This document shows positions 45,034 through 45,930 of a stretch of DNA of 45,930 nucleotides, piece by piece. Positions within the stretch are counted from its first letter, which is position 1. Each line of letters starts with the position of its first letter. A model generated the notes under the pieces. The model did not search any database. It was given only the letters and a program-made list of their open reading frames with translations, and was not told where the DNA came from. The stretch is from Candidatus Doudnabacteria bacterium RIFCSPHIGHO2_02_FULL_43_13b. Lineage in GTDB: Bacteria; Patescibacteriota; Doudnabacteria; UBA920; O2-02-FULL-48-8. The stretch lies in contig MFER01000016.1 in the NCBI GenBank assembly GCA_001777655.1, forward strand, positions 1 through 45,930. Direction: 5' to 3'. A program made the position numbers and the translations under genes.

Positions 45034-45768
45034 TGTCCAACATGCTGTCCGATCGGACGAAGAATTGGACAAGGTGTTTTAACCATTAGGGTCTAATATT
45101 CGTTAATACGATAACCTGTTAATATAATATCCATTGTCCAACCATATAACCGTACGGGCGGCAAATTGGACATTTAAGTTATTTGTATTTATAGTATAAG
45201 TTATAGTATAAATTTATGAATAAAGAAGAATTGAAAGAAGCATTTATTGAAACCATCAAAGATATGGGCGGGTTGATTGATGATATAATCTTCCGACCAT
45301 ATAGCTTGCGTATTAGCCGAATGTATTATCCCAGGTCCACTTATTATCACCGACTGAATAAGTTCGAAATGCAAGGCTTGGTCAAAAGAAAGCAACATCG
45401 AAAATACGGCAACCCTTTTGTCGTCACACAAAAAGGGAGAACGTTGCTGCATAAGCCGAGCATTCAAAAAAGAAGATCTGATGGGTTCTCAAGCATTATT
45501 ATTTTCGACATTCCAGAAGATAAGCATCGGGAGAGAAATATCTTTCGGCGCTATTTGAAACGAAATGGTTACACTCTCATCCAAAAAAGCGTCCTGATCA
45601 GCCCATTGGAAATTTCACGTGAATTAGAAGAGTTGATGGAGGAACTTAAAATCAGACCTTACGTAACCAAGATTTCAGGTAAAATCAATTTTTCCTAAAA
45701 AGTCGCATATATGGCATAAAACAGTGTCCAAGCCCAACCATATGCCCGTACGGACGCGGGATTGGACA
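45034..45768. repeat. Three 38-bp dyad sites TGTCCAA-N8-CCGWWCGG-N8-TTGGACA (45034-45071, 45135-45172, 45731-45768)
   Basis: Read directly. The third copy has AGCCCAA as its left arm, with an extra TGTCCAA at 45725. Confidence 0.9.
45216..45698 (+). CDS. PaaX-like protein: winged HTH plus Cas2/VapD-like domain
   Basis: LNKFEMQGLV..VTQKG (wHTH wing); IIIFDIPEDK..RNIFRRYL..GYTLIQKSV. Confidence 0.85.
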   Translation: MNKEELKEAFIETIKDMGGLIDDIIFRPYSLRISRMYYPRSTYYHRLNKFEMQGLVKRKQHRKYGNPFVVTQKGRTLLHKPSIQKRRSDGFSSIIIFDIPEDKHRERNIFRRYLKRNGYTLIQKSVLISPLEISRELEELMEELKIRPYVTKISGKINFS

Positions 45769-45865
45769 GTTAAATTCTCTAAGAATGTTATACATTTTTT
45801 AGATTTGGCAACCAATTTTCGACTTGACAATCAACCACCAGCATTGATATATTGGGGTCATCTTT

Positions 45866-45930
45866 ATGCAGAATCGAGACGTCAAAGCAGTATTGTTCGG
45901 AGCGCTGTTTTTCAGCGCTTTTTTGATTCT
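45866..45930 (+). CDS. Probable start of a gene truncated by the window end
   Basis: TTGACA at about 45824 and TATATT at about 45848, then MQNRDVKAVLFGALFFSAF... Confidence 0.4.
   Translation, partial: MQNRDVKAVLFGALFFSAFLI

Noticed and set aside
45034-45768. Functional CRISPR-Cas locus
   Set aside because: No cas1 or effector gene; the repeats are degenerate, irregularly spaced and interrupted by the gene; the protein has an N-terminal wHTH as in PaaX.
1-45930. TGA-to-Gly recoding, tRNA/rRNA genes, prophage
   Set aside because: TGA ends full-length genes (lgt, rfbC, rfbD, wzx); no cloverleaf or rRNA signature recognised; no phage structural cluster or integrase.

Overview
This looks like chromosomal DNA from a CPR/Patescibacteria (Parcubacteria-like) bacterium, inferred from gene content and style. 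It uses the standard code (TGA serves as stop) and has a background of roughly 40% GC by eye. Core content: lgt, a dTDP-rhamnose operon (rfbB-C-D-A), a sortase with two xPxTG substrates, galE, a subtilase and a paired repeat-bearing secreted protein, an ABC-2 exporter, a wzx/wzy/glycosyltransferase cluster, ctpA, a short alaS, a cupin-type glucose-6-P isomerase, and the infA-rpmJ-rpsM-rpsK-rpsD-rpoA-rplQ-rplM-rpsI cluster. Four unexplained layers are superimposed. (1) Five lone small nuclease or DNA-binding genes (two GxxExxY, TrpR-like, GIY-YIG, PaaX/Cas2-like) are each bracketed by their own inverted or palindromic repeats, and similar gene-less repeat hairpins occur elsewhere. (2) Several families of short palindromic elements are present, three copies of which sit in-frame inside alaS, a GT2 gene and wzy. 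(3) The 5' end of rfbB is triplicated and tied to a CCAGCACCA inverted-repeat element. (4) Three or four GC-rich orphan genes, the three clear ones Shine-Dalgarno-led and one a collagen plus beta-barrel-like protein, sit in a genome where several core genes look leaderless. No tRNA, rRNA or CRISPR array was seen. All family calls come from motif recognition, not database searches.
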